Part shown: positions 40,503-50,538 of the stretch, piece by piece | Layout: each line of letters begins with the position of its first letter | Numbering within the stretch: the first letter of the stretch is position 1 | Origin: a virus | Taxonomy: Duplodnaviria > Caudoviricetes | Length of the DNA: 64,000 nucleotides | IMG/VR virus record: IMGVR_UViG_3300021379_000005 | Coordinates: 32,001 to 96,000 of that record | Direction: 5' to 3' (one strand) | Position numbers and translations under genes: made by a program | The notes under the pieces: generated by a model | The model's database searches: none | The model's input: the letters and a program-made list of their open reading frames with translations, nothing else | Told to the model about the DNA's origin: nothing

Positions 40503-42443
40503 TTATGTTGTAGTATCAGATATTACATTTGTAATACTTGCCTGTGATGTATTATATGTTGTTCTAAGAGATCTAGTAACAACCACTCTTTGAGAAGAGA
40601 TATCATAGTTTTCATTAAACTCATCTGTATCAGGCATCATTACAATATCAAGTTCGTCATAATCAATAAAGATAATTTGATTACGAACAGGAAATATATC
40701 ATTAGATTCTGGTTCTGCAACCAAACCTAAAACGGTTGAGCCAACAATGCCTGTAATCTGAATATCATTTAAAACAACTTTACCAGTTCCATAGTTAATA
40801 GTTCCGCCCAAAACATTATTATATTTTCTAGCGAATAATGGAGTTAATGTGTATATTCTCAATCCACCCAATCCGTCATCTTCAATATAATGAGGGTCAC
40901 TTGATCCAGCAATAGTAAATGCATTAGAATACAAACTATTAGGACGTATTGCATTATTAAAATTGAATGTATATGATGCAACACCATTATATACTGGAGT
41001 TTTTTCATTAATCATCAAAATTTCTGTTATATTGTTTGTAACAGAATCATCGGTTTTATCAATGGCAGACAAGAACTGCGAATATCTAAAATAACTATTA
41101 AATTCATTTAGAAACTCGTTATTGTAAGAAATGATATTTTGTCTTACAGATTCTTTTAGTGCCGATTCGTCTAATAAAGTCGCCTCATCATTATACTTTA
41201 CATTTGTGGTTATCTTCAATTTTAAATAATCAGGGTCGACAATTTGAGGCGAAAGAGTAAGAACCGAATAATTACTTTTTAACTGATTTAAAATATATTG
41301 TTTTTCTTGAGTGGAAAGAATTAATCCAGTATTTGGTTTAATAGACATAAACACAGAACCATATGCAGGAGGGTCATTATCTTCTCCACCCCAAACATTC
41401 ATCGTGTCTACCTCTGGATAAATTTGTGGAACAATCGCTTTATAGTCTCTGGCAGTAACTGCTCTATTTTGACTTTCGAATGTTCTTGGTGCAAAAAATT
41501 TAATAGACTCAATATCTTCCCTGTCAGCACCACCATAACTTTCACCAATAATCTGAACATTTTCAGTATCAACGATCACACCTTTAGGTAATGCAACTGC
41601 AGTAAGTCTTCCAGTTATACCATTTCCATCAGCGCCCTTTGTTGTAATATAACGAACCGTAATGATATTACCATTTTCTACTTCGTCACCAAGAACACCA
41701 TCTCCAAAAAATATTTCATACTTCATATCTTTCGATTCTTGAAGAAAATATGTTTTAGAAATATCTGAAAGTTGTGTAGTATCAGTTGCCAATTTAAATT
41801 CAGTGACAACATCATCTTCTGCACTTGCCTGTACTAGAACTTGAATAGTGTCAGTATCTACAGTTTCGTTAGATAAAATAAATTTTTGGTTTGGATTATT
41901 AATATCAACAACAAACTTTTCTTCTACCTGTTGACCTTGAAACAATTCTAAATCGTTTATAGTATAGTAGTGCGCTCTTGCCCCGCCTTCTGCTTCAGAG
42001 CGTGACCTTGTAATCGATCTAGAAACCTTCGGAACAAAAATATAAGATTCGTTATCAATCGAACTAGAAAATGCAAGTTGTCTATCGATTCTTAATGTGT
42101 TGTATTGATAATCTCTTTCGGGCCTATTCTTTCTAATAATCTTAAATGTTACTGCAACCAATGCAGTCGCAGACTTATTAGAACGTGGGGTATAACCCAA
42201 TAACTTTGCTTTGGATACAACGTTCTCACGAATTCTTGCGGTATCTAAAAAACTTTCATTTGCAATCATATTCATATAATATGAGTTATAATATGTATTG
42301 TATGATAGTATGTCGAGTATACTAGACAGTGCAGAGCCATCAAAGTTATAGTCTTTGAAAACTTTATCATTCTCCATGTATTTTTTGATATTGTCTTTTA
42401 TTCCATCAAAACTTAAATCTGATATGTTTATGTTTTTAGCCAT
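40503..42443 (-). CDS. gp6: Baseplate wedge subunit gp6
   Basis: LSFDGIKDN...FKDYNFDGSALS.ILDILSYNTYYNS, ESFLDTARIRENVVSKAKLLGYTPRS and QNRAVTARDY. Confidence 0.95.
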   Translation of the reverse strand: MAKNINISDLSFDGIKDNIKKYMENDKVFKDYNFDGSALSSILDILSYNTYYNSYYMNMIANESFLDTARIRENVVSKAKLLGYTPRSNKSATALVAVTFKIIRKNRPERDYQYNTLRIDRQLAFSSSIDNESYIFVPKVSRSITRSRSEAEGGARAHYYTINDLELFQGQQVEEKFVVDINNPNQKFILSNETVDTDTIQVLVQASAEDDVVTEFKLATDTTQLSDISKTYFLQESKDMKYEIFFGDGVLGDEVENGNIITVRYITTKGADGNGITGRLTAVALPKGVIVDTENVQIIGESYGGADREDIESIKFFAPRTFESQNRAVTARDYKAIVPQIYPEVDTMNVWGGEDNDPPAYGSVFMSIKPNTGLILSTQEKQYILNQLKSNYSVLTLSPQIVDPDYLKLKITTNVKYNDEATLLDESALKESVRQNIISYNNEFLNEFNSYFRYSQFLSAIDKTDDSVTNNITEILMINEKTPVYNGVASYTFNFNNAIRPNSLYSNAFTIAGSSDPHYIEDDGLGGLRIYTLTPLFARKYNNVLGGTINYGTGKVVLNDIQITGIVGSTVLGLVAEPESNDIFPVRNQIIFIDYDELDIVMMPDTDEFNENYDISSQRVVVTRSLRTTYNTSQASITNVISDTTT

Positions 42444-42959
42444 TTATCGTACTCTTTTTATACTAAATTGAAATGATATATCTTCTTCAGATGCAGGGAC
42501 ATTGTATACTATACTAACTTCCAAGGTATTATTATCTACTAACTGTGCCTGTCTGGTTCTTTCGTCTTCTGTCTTTATTCCTTTCAACGATGACATAACT
42601 CTTTCTCTAGAGAAAAAATTAACATCAGAAACTATTATTCTTGGTTCATGTATTTTTAACGCAAGTTTTATCTCTTCTTGCATATTTATGTCATGCGGCG
42701 AACCCTTATAATCCCAATTCGTCATTAAATCAAATAAAGTGTTGTAAATATTTCCACCGAACCTTGGTTTAAATGGTTTTTCGAGTTTATTAGTCAATAA
42801 AATATTTTTAATACTTTGATTTATTGAACTAATATCTTTTTTGATTAAAACATCTCCACTGACTGGATTTCGTCTAAACGTTAGATCAAAATCAATATAT
42901 TGATCTCTCTTAGATGGTAATATCCCAAGTTTTTCTTCTGCACTACTTAAATTTGACAT
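42444..42959 (-). CDS. gp25: Baseplate wedge subunit gp25
   Basis: DFDLTF.RNPVSGD...SINQSIKNILLT...EKPFKPRFG...EPRI. Confidence 0.9.
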   Translation of the reverse strand: MSNLSSAEEKLGILPSKRDQYIDFDLTFRRNPVSGDVLIKKDISSINQSIKNILLTNKLEKPFKPRFGGNIYNTLFDLMTNWDYKGSPHDINMQEEIKLALKIHEPRIIVSDVNFFSRERVMSSLKGIKTEDERTRQAQLVDNNTLEVSIVYNVPASEEDISFQFSIKRVR

Positions 42960-42968
42960 GACTTCCTC

Positions 42969-45269
42969 TTATGGATTTAAATGAATGTTTGGTGCTTTTA
43001 TTGTGGTATTCCCACCAGATTCGGTATCAATTGTTCCACCGACTTTCGCATCGACATTGCCACCCACTCTAATATTTACATCTGCATCTACAACAACGTT
43101 AATCGTTCCCTTAACGTAAATATTATTATTACCAAAGATAATTTCATAATTATCCTTAACAACTTTTGTGACCACAGAACCATCTGGATGTATTTCTTCA
43201 AATGTTCCAGACCTATGATATGTATGTATTCTTTCTGCGCCGGGCGTGTCATCAAACTCTTGATGGTGTCCAGACTCAGTAGATAACACTTTGTTGTGTG
43301 GATACTCTGCAGCGTATGGAGTTGGTGGTTCATCAAATAGTTCTGTACTTTCAGTGCTTTCCTTTTTCATTTCGACAATAGAACGTGGATTATATGTGTC
43401 CTGTCCATATGAAGAGTTGCCAGAGTTTGCATTAAATGTTGATGGAGACTGATCCACATCTACCACACTACCTTCTTCCACTGCATCATCAATCACTGGT
43501 AATGGATCTTCATATACTTCCCAAAGAATGTCACCATCTTTTAAACTTGATGATGTTGGGCCGTTACCTTCCACATCAGATGTTCCAGAGTTTTTTGCAA
43601 TAAAGGTTTTTTGTTGGACAAATGTACTGTCATTAGAACCCGCTAGAAGACGCTTGGCGTTTCTTTCATGTCCTTCCATCTGATTGTTTACTTTGTCTCT
43701 TACAGTCCCTGCTGCCCCGCCAGCTGCGGTATCTGAGCGACTATAATACTTTTCTCCGATACCACCAGCATTGATTGCAGAATAAACTTCTAGTCTACCC
43801 ATGCCAGGCCTGACACCCTTATCTCGTAAATACTTAACCACCGCACCACTTGGGCCAAGTTGAGTGTCTATTGCTGTTTGTGGGGTACTGAAGTCTACGC
43901 CGTATTGTTTTGCCTGTGGCTCTCCGAATTGAATAAGTCCCCTGTGTTGACCCCATTTAGTGGTGGGCCCTCTTTTCTGAGGATCGAGTGTGCCACCAGT
44001 TTCATATGACATCACTGTTGCAAGATCAATCGCACTGATTCCAAGTGCTTCGGCAGCTGCCAAAGTTCCAGAACGCATTGTATATGGAGGCCCACTAGAC
44101 TCTTCTCCCTCTTCTAGTGGCGGCGATTTCACCAAATCACCTTCATTATAAGATTTTCCAGCAGACCATTGCGTTGCACTTGCAGAAGGCGCCTGACTTT
44201 GTTGTTGTGCAGCAGTGTCTGCGGATCTACTAGAAGTTGCTCCAGATTCACTAGTCGTTACAGTATCACACTCCTGACTCTCTCCAGGCTTCTCAGTACC
44301 ACCACCAGACGTACTTTCAGCCTGACTACCTGATGCTGGGTCAGGAACAATACCATTTCTTTTTAAGGGAGTAGAACCCCTTTCCCCAGACGCAGCACTA
44401 AAATGCATTGCATCCTTAACACTATTCCAATCGCCACCCCAACCTAGACCATACTTTCTGGCAATAGATGATACGCCATCTGGCATATCTGTTATTAGTG
44501 TATTACCATTAGGATTCTCGGCAGGATTAATATCAATAGCAGCACCACTGGCATGGTAACTAAATCTACTTGGATTATTTACATTTTTTCTATATGCATA
44601 TCCACCAATACTTTTAATAACATATCCTGTACCCTCAAGTTCATTCACAAATCCTTGGAACTGATCTTTAAATACTGTAGCAACCCAAGCACTCTTTCCA
44701 GACTTTGTAGTAATCTTACTAAGTCTTTTTCTATTTTCTTTATCACTTGAAACGCCATCTTGGTTAACTTCTTTTCCGCATTCGGTTGTATTTCCAGAAG
44801 AAGATGTGTTTTCATCACCACCGTTTGTATTGGATGTACTATCCTTTACACCTCTTGCAAGTCTATTAACATCAGATTCGTCTTTAGTAGAACCACCAAA
44901 TACTGATCCACTATCTGAAGGATATGTTCCATCTGCGTTTGTTTCGGAACCCTCTGTTGGACGGCCATAAACTGTTCCAAAAATTATAGGGTCTTGACCT
45001 TGCTCACCATCTCTAAAAAATCCCATAACCCATGCACCAGGCAATGCACCTGTTGGAGATTGTCCGATGCCACCAGTAGATGAACTAGTAATAGGCATGA
45101 TTGGGGACGCCCATGGAAGTTTTTCTGTGGGCAGAATTGCCTTATCTGCAGTATGCCATCCGATAATTCTAACCTTTACTCGGCCGAGAGCTTCTGGATC
45201 TTTTACGTCTTCGATGACACCTTGCCACCAAACCATTCCTTCTCTACCCGAAAACATATTCATATCCAT
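42969..45269 (-). CDS. gp5: Baseplate hub/tail spike gp5 with M15 peptidase and lysozyme-like domains
   Basis: OB-fold WWQGVIEDVKDPEALGRVKVRIIGWH; YPHNKVLSTESGHHQEFDDTPGAERI; C-terminal beta-helix repeats; internal SYHASGAAIDINP...WGGDW...DAMHF and MSYETGG...RGLIQFG domains. Confidence 0.9.
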   Translation of the reverse strand: MDMNMFSGREGMVWWQGVIEDVKDPEALGRVKVRIIGWHTADKAILPTEKLPWASPIMPITSSSTGGIGQSPTGALPGAWVMGFFRDGEQGQDPIIFGTVYGRPTEGSETNADGTYPSDSGSVFGGSTKDESDVNRLARGVKDSTSNTNGGDENTSSSGNTTECGKEVNQDGVSSDKENRKRLSKITTKSGKSAWVATVFKDQFQGFVNELEGTGYVIKSIGGYAYRKNVNNPSRFSYHASGAAIDINPAENPNGNTLITDMPDGVSSIARKYGLGWGGDWNSVKDAMHFSAASGERGSTPLKRNGIVPDPASGSQAESTSGGGTEKPGESQECDTVTTSESGATSSRSADTAAQQQSQAPSASATQWSAGKSYNEGDLVKSPPLEEGEESSGPPYTMRSGTLAAAEALGISAIDLATVMSYETGGTLDPQKRGPTTKWGQHRGLIQFGEPQAKQYGVDFSTPQTAIDTQLGPSGAVVKYLRDKGVRPGMGRLEVYSAINAGGIGEKYYSRSDTAAGGAAGTVRDKVNNQMEGHERNAKRLLAGSNDSTFVQQKTFIAKNSGTSDVEGNGPTSSSLKDGDILWEVYEDPLPVIDDAVEEGSVVDVDQSPSTFNANSGNSSYGQDTYNPRSIVEMKKESTESTELFDEPPTPYAAEYPHNKVLSTESGHHQEFDDTPGAERIHTYHRSGTFEEIHPDGSVVTKVVKDNYEIIFGNNNIYVKGTINVVVDADVNIRVGGNVDAKVGGTIDTESGGNTTIKAPNIHLNP

Positions 45270-46549
45270 TATTGTATACTCCCACCAGATGGAGGTGTCG
45301 GCGATTCCGCTGGTAACGGAAGTCCAATACTATCTCTAACTAACTCAATGTCGGTTTGATATCTCCCACCCTCAATTCTATGTCTAATTGCAAACACTAA
45401 ATACTTTCCACTATAATATTTGTTTGTTCCTGTATTATCTCTTTGGTATATTGGCATTTCAAGTTCTAAGACATCCCCAGCACAAACATCAGTATCTCCA
45501 AAAACAGTAATAGTTACTTTTATATTTTTCATCAACTGCATATAAAATAATCTTGGAAGAAAAAGTTTTTCCTGATTGAATGTGGGGTTTCCGCCCTGTA
45601 AGTCTCTTTCTGGAACAACATATAAGTTTTTTGGTTTATATTGCATTCCTTGGCCAGTAGTATCTTGAAAAGTGTTACTGTCCAAGTACTTATAGTCTCC
45701 ATAATTTTCCCAATATGAGTGTGTATAATTCTTAACCTGTCGTGTTAGTAAATCCACAGCATAAACTTCTGAATTATAAAACCCCTTTGTCATATTTCCA
45801 AGAACATCGAAGTTTGAATCAAAATTAAAACTAATTACTTTCTTATTTTCAACATTTGTTGAGATATCATCAAGTTCTTTTGCACCAGCACTTTTGTATG
45901 CACCAACGATGAATTTATTCTTTGGTTCTGCCTGTGTCAACATTTCTAACGGTTTCATAACATATTCTTTTGTTGTTTCAAAAAACATGTAGGAAGAACT
46001 TTTATATGTCTCACTAAACGCTTTATTACATAAAAATGAAATACTTTTCATTGGAGTATAATTTGGAATTACTAATCCATTATCACCACTATACTGGTCA
46101 CTACTCGATTCTACAGAAAGACTCTTTGAACTACCAAGTCTCGAAAAAATAGTTTGTGCAATGTCTGTAGAACTTCCTTGAAAATATTCCGACACCTTTT
46201 CTTCAAAATTTTTTGCAAAATCTTTTGAAATCAATTCTAAATTATAAGTCTGAGTTCCATCCTCATCTGTCAGTTCAGAGATTTTATGAACAAGAAAATC
46301 CAAATTAATATTTTTCCACTCTGGAACTTCAAAATCTAATGAAACTTCTTCTTGTCCCACGATTGGCATAAAAGTTAGCATATCTTCTACATCCATAAAA
46401 CTAACTGTCGCAGTAATACTAGACGATAGTATATCTTCGAAAATACGAATTGATGTAAAATATCTTTTAAGATCTAATTCAAATCCGTTGTGTGAACGAA
46501 TAGTGAATTTACGAATATTGTAATCACCTAACTTAAATGTATCTGACAT
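45269..46549 (-). CDS. Baseplate hub protein, gp27-like
   Basis: Synteny between gp53 and gp5; IFEDILSSSITA, YMFFET, VFGDTDVCAGDVLEL...YSGKYLVFAIRH. Confidence 0.7.
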   Translation of the reverse strand: MSDTFKLGDYNIRKFTIRSHNGFELDLKRYFTSIRIFEDILSSSITATVSFMDVEDMLTFMPIVGQEEVSLDFEVPEWKNINLDFLVHKISELTDEDGTQTYNLELISKDFAKNFEEKVSEYFQGSSTDIAQTIFSRLGSSKSLSVESSSDQYSGDNGLVIPNYTPMKSISFLCNKAFSETYKSSSYMFFETTKEYVMKPLEMLTQAEPKNKFIVGAYKSAGAKELDDISTNVENKKVISFNFDSNFDVLGNMTKGFYNSEVYAVDLLTRQVKNYTHSYWENYGDYKYLDSNTFQDTTGQGMQYKPKNLYVVPERDLQGGNPTFNQEKLFLPRLFYMQLMKNIKVTITVFGDTDVCAGDVLELEMPIYQRDNTGTNKYYSGKYLVFAIRHRIEGGRYQTDIELVRDSIGLPLPAESPTPPSGGSIQ

Positions 46550-47217
46550 TAAATAACCTCTTCAAAATTCAAAAGAAAATCATTCAGTAAATTTGCTCTT
46601 AATAATTTAATTACTCTGTTTTTTTCGTTCTTTTCGTGTTCATAATCATATGCACTATAGATTGTATATTTTTTCTTATCTTGTGGAGTAAGAAGATTAT
46701 ATGTGTCTGGAGAGATTTTATGTCCTAATACATTGTGAGTATAATGGATAGGAATATTCCTTGCAATTGATAATCCGTTTAAATTGCTTGCGGAATAATC
46801 ATTCAACACAACTTCCCATCTGTCATTTCTTCTAACAAAAACCTTTTGTTCCAATGTGTCATAGATATAGTCACCAGTTTTAAATATTCTTGGATAGAAA
46901 TTTGACCCTTCATATGCAGGAGCCCCATAAACGGTTTCGATGTGAGTTTGTAGTGTTCTACTTGTCATTGGCCAATCATCATAAACATTTGCAATATCGT
47001 TCATCCATAAAACAACCCAGCCATATGTATGACTGCCATAGTATAAATGGGCAATTGTTTCTGGTGTATCTTCATCTCTTATGGTATACTCATAATGCGA
47101 AAGAGGATTTTCTCTGTATTGTTCTATAATGTATGCATTTTGAAAGATATTAGTTACCTTTTTTGGTTTTCCGTCCAGCATTAAATCATATTTCTTTTTC
47201 TCTAGATAATTAAACAT
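46549..47217 (-). CDS. gp53: Baseplate wedge subunit gp53
   Basis: YTIRDEDTPETIAHLYYG...WVVLWMNDI...DWP and YEHEKNEKNRVIKLL. Confidence 0.9.
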   Translation of the reverse strand: MFNYLEKKKYDLMLDGKPKKVTNIFQNAYIIEQYRENPLSHYEYTIRDEDTPETIAHLYYGSHTYGWVVLWMNDIANVYDDWPMTSRTLQTHIETVYGAPAYEGSNFYPRIFKTGDYIYDTLEQKVFVRRNDRWEVVLNDYSASNLNGLSIARNIPIHYTHNVLGHKISPDTYNLLTPQDKKKYTIYSAYDYEHEKNEKNRVIKLLRANLLNDFLLNFEEVI

Positions 47218-48062
47218 TAGTAACCCTCCGCTGCATCCGAAGATGTTACTAACTGAACCTCTTGGAAAGTCAGAGATAACTCAATAACTGCAGGAGCATC
47301 TGTTTCATTGAAAGTTGCAAACGCACCGTTGCCACCATATTTAACAGTACAGTCAGTTAATACACATGGTTTGATTTTGTGAAGAAACTCGGCAGGTCTA
47401 CCACCTAAGTAGTATTCAACAGTAAATGTATTAGGAACTTGGAAAAAATTTAATCCTGCCATTTCAGGAAGCATATTCTTTCTTAAAAATTTTATCATGT
47501 TATTAATTTCAATAGATTCTTTATCTGACCTTGGAAGAATACTATATTGATAATTGAACGCCCTAAAATCAATTCCTCTGAATAACATATGTTTATTCGC
47601 ACCAGAAACTCTACCACCAATAACTTGAGATTGCAAATTGCCATCACCACCAAATGCAAGACCTCCTGCAAATTTAGTTGCTGATAATGAAAGTTCTCCA
47701 CCAAGATTAAGTACTTTGTCGAGAAATCCATTATCTTCGCCTGCGACTGCACCAGTCTTGCCCAGCATACCCAATGCACCACTGTCAGCGCCTTCAAATT
47801 GGGACTTTGTTGAATTTTCAATATTTTCTGGAAGATGAAGAGTGACACTCCCGATCTTTTCAAGTTCGACTGCACTTCCTCTTGTCTGCATAGTCGTGTA
47901 ACCAGGCTGCTCACCTTTATATGCGGTGAATCTAACAAAATCTCGCATTGGAATTACATCAGCATGTTCATGCAATGACATTGGATAGATATAAGTTTCT
48001 CCGCCCGCTGCAACTGTTTGTCTCTGTTGCGTTAGTGTGGATGGTAAGTCTGTTGCGGCCAT
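47217..48062 (-). CDS. gp48: Baseplate tail-tube cap gp48
   Basis: LFRGIDFRAFNYQY..LPRS..ES, CVLTDCTVKY and LSLTFQEV. Confidence 0.85.
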   Translation of the reverse strand: MAATDLPSTLTQQRQTVAAGGETYIYPMSLHEHADVIPMRDFVRFTAYKGEQPGYTTMQTRGSAVELEKIGSVTLHLPENIENSTKSQFEGADSGALGMLGKTGAVAGEDNGFLDKVLNLGGELSLSATKFAGGLAFGGDGNLQSQVIGGRVSGANKHMLFRGIDFRAFNYQYSILPRSDKESIEINNMIKFLRKNMLPEMAGLNFFQVPNTFTVEYYLGGRPAEFLHKIKPCVLTDCTVKYGGNGAFATFNETDAPAVIELSLTFQEVQLVTSSDAAEGY

Positions 48063-48091
48063 TAAATACTTGCTCCTAAATATTTTGATAC

Positions 48092-48099
48092 TATTTATA
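48092..48099 (-). promoter_or_regulatory. T4-type late promoter for the baseplate operon
   Basis: TATAAATA on the minus strand in the divergent gp48/gp4 intergenic region. Confidence 0.8.
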
Positions 48100-48113
48100 A
48101 AGGTTTTTATGAA

Positions 48114-48557
48114 GTGAGAAAAAGATTTACTTATAAAGGAAAATACAAACCAGCAAATCCAGAAAAATATGCAGGCAATGTGAATAACATTGTATATCGT
48201 TCTTCGTGGGAAAGAAGGTTTATGGTGTATTGCGACAACAACGAAGCAATCACTTTCTGGTCGAGCGAAGAATTAGTAATACCTTACATTTCACCAATAG
48301 ACAGAAGACAACACAAATACTATCCAGACTTTGTAATAAAGATCCAAGAAGAAAATAAAACCCGAACTATTGTTATCGAAGTAAAACCAAAAAAAGAAAC
48401 CAAACCCCCAAGAAAGCGTACCAAGATTACACCAAGATATCTGAGTGAAATGAAGACTTGGAGTATCAATGAGGCCAAGTGGAAATATGCAAAAGAATTC
48501 TGCGAAGATAGGAAATGGGAATTTAAAATTTTAACAGAAGATCAACTCGCTCAATAA
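48114..48557 (+). CDS. gp4: Head completion nuclease gp4
   Basis: YKGKYKPANPEKYAG..NIVYRSSWE, WSSEE, YYPDF, EVKP, NEAKW and FKILTE; GTG start. Confidence 0.92.
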   Translation: MRKRFTYKGKYKPANPEKYAGNVNNIVYRSSWERRFMVYCDNNEAITFWSSEELVIPYISPIDRRQHKYYPDFVIKIQEENKTRTIVIEVKPKKETKPPRKRTKITPRYLSEMKTWSINEAKWKYAKEFCEDRKWEFKILTEDQLAQ

Positions 48558-48562
48558 AACGA

Positions 48563-48570
48563 TATAAATA
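48563..48570 (+). promoter_or_regulatory. T4-type late promoter
   Basis: TATAAATA 20 nt upstream of gp2. Confidence 0.8.
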
Positions 48571-48590
48571 GTAAAAAACGGCATAAATTA

Positions 48591-49166
48591 ATGACAGACT
48601 TTACACCACTATTAAATAGACTCGCTACCCGAAATATTAGACCAAACACCGACAAGGCAAGGGAATGGTTTAGAAAAAAGGCAAGAGAAACAAGAATCAC
48701 AAGAGCATCTCTATTGGGAGATGGAGATCGCTCTGCGGCAACACCCAATGTTGGAAGTATGTATTGTTACCAATATGACCCTAAGTATGCAAAAAAATTA
48801 CCATACTATGATGAATTTCCACTTATTTTTATGGTGGAAAGAATTTCTGGGGGATTTGTTGGAATCAACTTGCACTATGTTTCTCCAAGAAATAGAATTG
48901 TTGTGATGAATGCGTTATCCGAAATTGCATCAAACAAAAGATATGATTCAACTACAAGACTCAGATTATCTTATAATGTTCTAAAAGGCCTGTCTAAATA
49001 TAATGTCATAAAACCTTGTCTCAAAAAATACCTGTTTGCTCATGTTAGATCAAAGTTTGTAAAAATTGAGGCAAATGAATGGGATATCGCATTGTTTTTA
49101 CCAGTACAAAAATTCAAAAAGGCCGCTGCTTCAAAAGTTTGGTCAGATTCTGCTAGGAGATCATAA
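48591..49166 (+). CDS. gp2: DNA end protector gp2
   Basis: YDPKYAKKLPYYDEFPLI, GINLHY, KPCLKKYL..HVRS and W..ALFLP. Confidence 0.92.
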   Translation: MTDFTPLLNRLATRNIRPNTDKAREWFRKKARETRITRASLLGDGDRSAATPNVGSMYCYQYDPKYAKKLPYYDEFPLIFMVERISGGFVGINLHYVSPRNRIVVMNALSEIASNKRYDSTTRLRLSYNVLKGLSKYNVIKPCLKKYLFAHVRSKFVKIEANEWDIALFLPVQKFKKAAASKVWSDSARRS

Positions 49167-49751
49167 ATGGCGTCAATAGATGATTTCATTGGAAATATTT
49201 CAAAATCTGGCCTTACTCAGGTAAATCGGTATGAACTTAGAATTCAACCGCCGCCGAAGTCGTTTCTAACAAATCCAGACAATTTCTTAAAATTTCGTGT
49301 TCCGTCAATTACTTTGCCAGGCAAAACTATTGCAACAACAGAAACCAAGATTTATGGGCCGGTAAGAATGGCACCATACACAACTACATACGATCAATTG
49401 ACGTTTAATATATATTTGAGTGATAACTTAAAAGAAAGAGATTGGTTTGAAGATTGGTTTCACCAAGTTATAGATTTTACTACACATAAAATTTCATATT
49501 ATAACGACTATGTGGCGCCACAGGCAGAACTCATTACATATGATAAAAACGATGTAAAACGACATTCCGTAACGTTTGAGAATCTATATCCATTATCTAT
49601 AGGACCAGTTGAATATGCATATGCAAACGAAGAACCAGCGCAATGTCAGATTACGATGTTCTATAGAAAATATCGTTCTGAAACAGCCAAATCTGAAGCG
49701 GAGTTTCGTGATTTTCTAAATGAACTTAGCAATCTAGATATAGACATTTAG
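49167..49751 (+). CDS. gp54: Baseplate-tail tube initiator gp54-like (tail tube fold)
   Basis: NRYEL.I..P, SITLPGK.IAT, FEDW and LYPLSIG.VEY; synteny between gp2 and gp26. Confidence 0.7.
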   Translation: MASIDDFIGNISKSGLTQVNRYELRIQPPPKSFLTNPDNFLKFRVPSITLPGKTIATTETKIYGPVRMAPYTTTYDQLTFNIYLSDNLKERDWFEDWFHQVIDFTTHKISYYNDYVAPQAELITYDKNDVKRHSVTFENLYPLSIGPVEYAYANEEPAQCQITMFYRKYRSETAKSEAEFRDFLNELSNLDIDI

Positions 49752-49789
49752 AATATAATAATTTAAATTATACTTGAAGAGGATAAAAT

Positions 49790-50512
49790 ATGTTACCTAC
49801 AATTAATGCACCAACATATGATTTGACTATACCATCAACAAATGAAAGTGTGAAATTTCGTCCGTTTTTGGTCAAGGAAGAAAAAATTCTTCTGATGGCA
49901 CAAGAGGGAGAAGAGTTACAAGAAAAAATTGATGCGATAAAACAAATTATTGGAAACTGTTTAGTATCTGATGTAGATGTTGATAAACTTTCTACATTTG
50001 ATATTGAACACATTTTCATCAAACTTAGAAGTAAGTCTATTGGAAACGTAATTGGTTTGAGTTACAATCGGGAAGATTGTACAGAAGAAGGAGCGGGGCA
50101 GGGGGGCTGTCAAATTCCTTTCACATTAGACTTAGAAAAGGCAGAGATTGAAAATCAAGAAGGACACACCAATGAATTGAATCTAACGTCAGATATTAAA
50201 ATTATTATGAAGTATCCAGATTTTAATATCTTAAATTCTGTATTAACTGCAGATAGTGTAGATGATGTAATTGATGTTGTTGCTACTTGTATTGACATGA
50301 TCGTTGATGGAAGTGAAGTATATAATGCGTCTGATTATTCAGAAAGTGAATTAAAAACTTTTGTTGAGAATTTAACACAGCAACAGTTTGAATCTATTAA
50401 CAATTTTTTTAATACAATGCCAGAAACTGCATGTGATGTAAATATTGTTTGTAGAAAATGTGGATGGAAAAAATCGATGAAAGTAAAAGGAATTACCGAT
50501 TTTTTTTCCTAA
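49790..50512 (+). CDS. gp26: Baseplate hub assembly protein gp26-like
   Basis: LP.INAPTY.LTIPST...KFRPFLVKEEKILLMA, FDIEHIFIKLRSKSIG, MKYP, FFNTMP, CxxC and terminal GITDFF. Confidence 0.85.
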   Translation: MLPTINAPTYDLTIPSTNESVKFRPFLVKEEKILLMAQEGEELQEKIDAIKQIIGNCLVSDVDVDKLSTFDIEHIFIKLRSKSIGNVIGLSYNREDCTEEGAGQGGCQIPFTLDLEKAEIENQEGHTNELNLTSDIKIIMKYPDFNILNSVLTADSVDDVIDVVATCIDMIVDGSEVYNASDYSESELKTFVENLTQQQFESINNFFNTMPETACDVNIVCRKCGWKKSMKVKGITDFFS

Positions 50513-50538
50513 GTTTAAATCATGAGTCCCTTGCATCG

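Noticed and set aside
50458-50538. Track start of the gp51 ORF at 50458
   Set aside because: Lies inside gp26 with no RBS; ATG 50539 or frameshift entry at about 50500 is more plausible.
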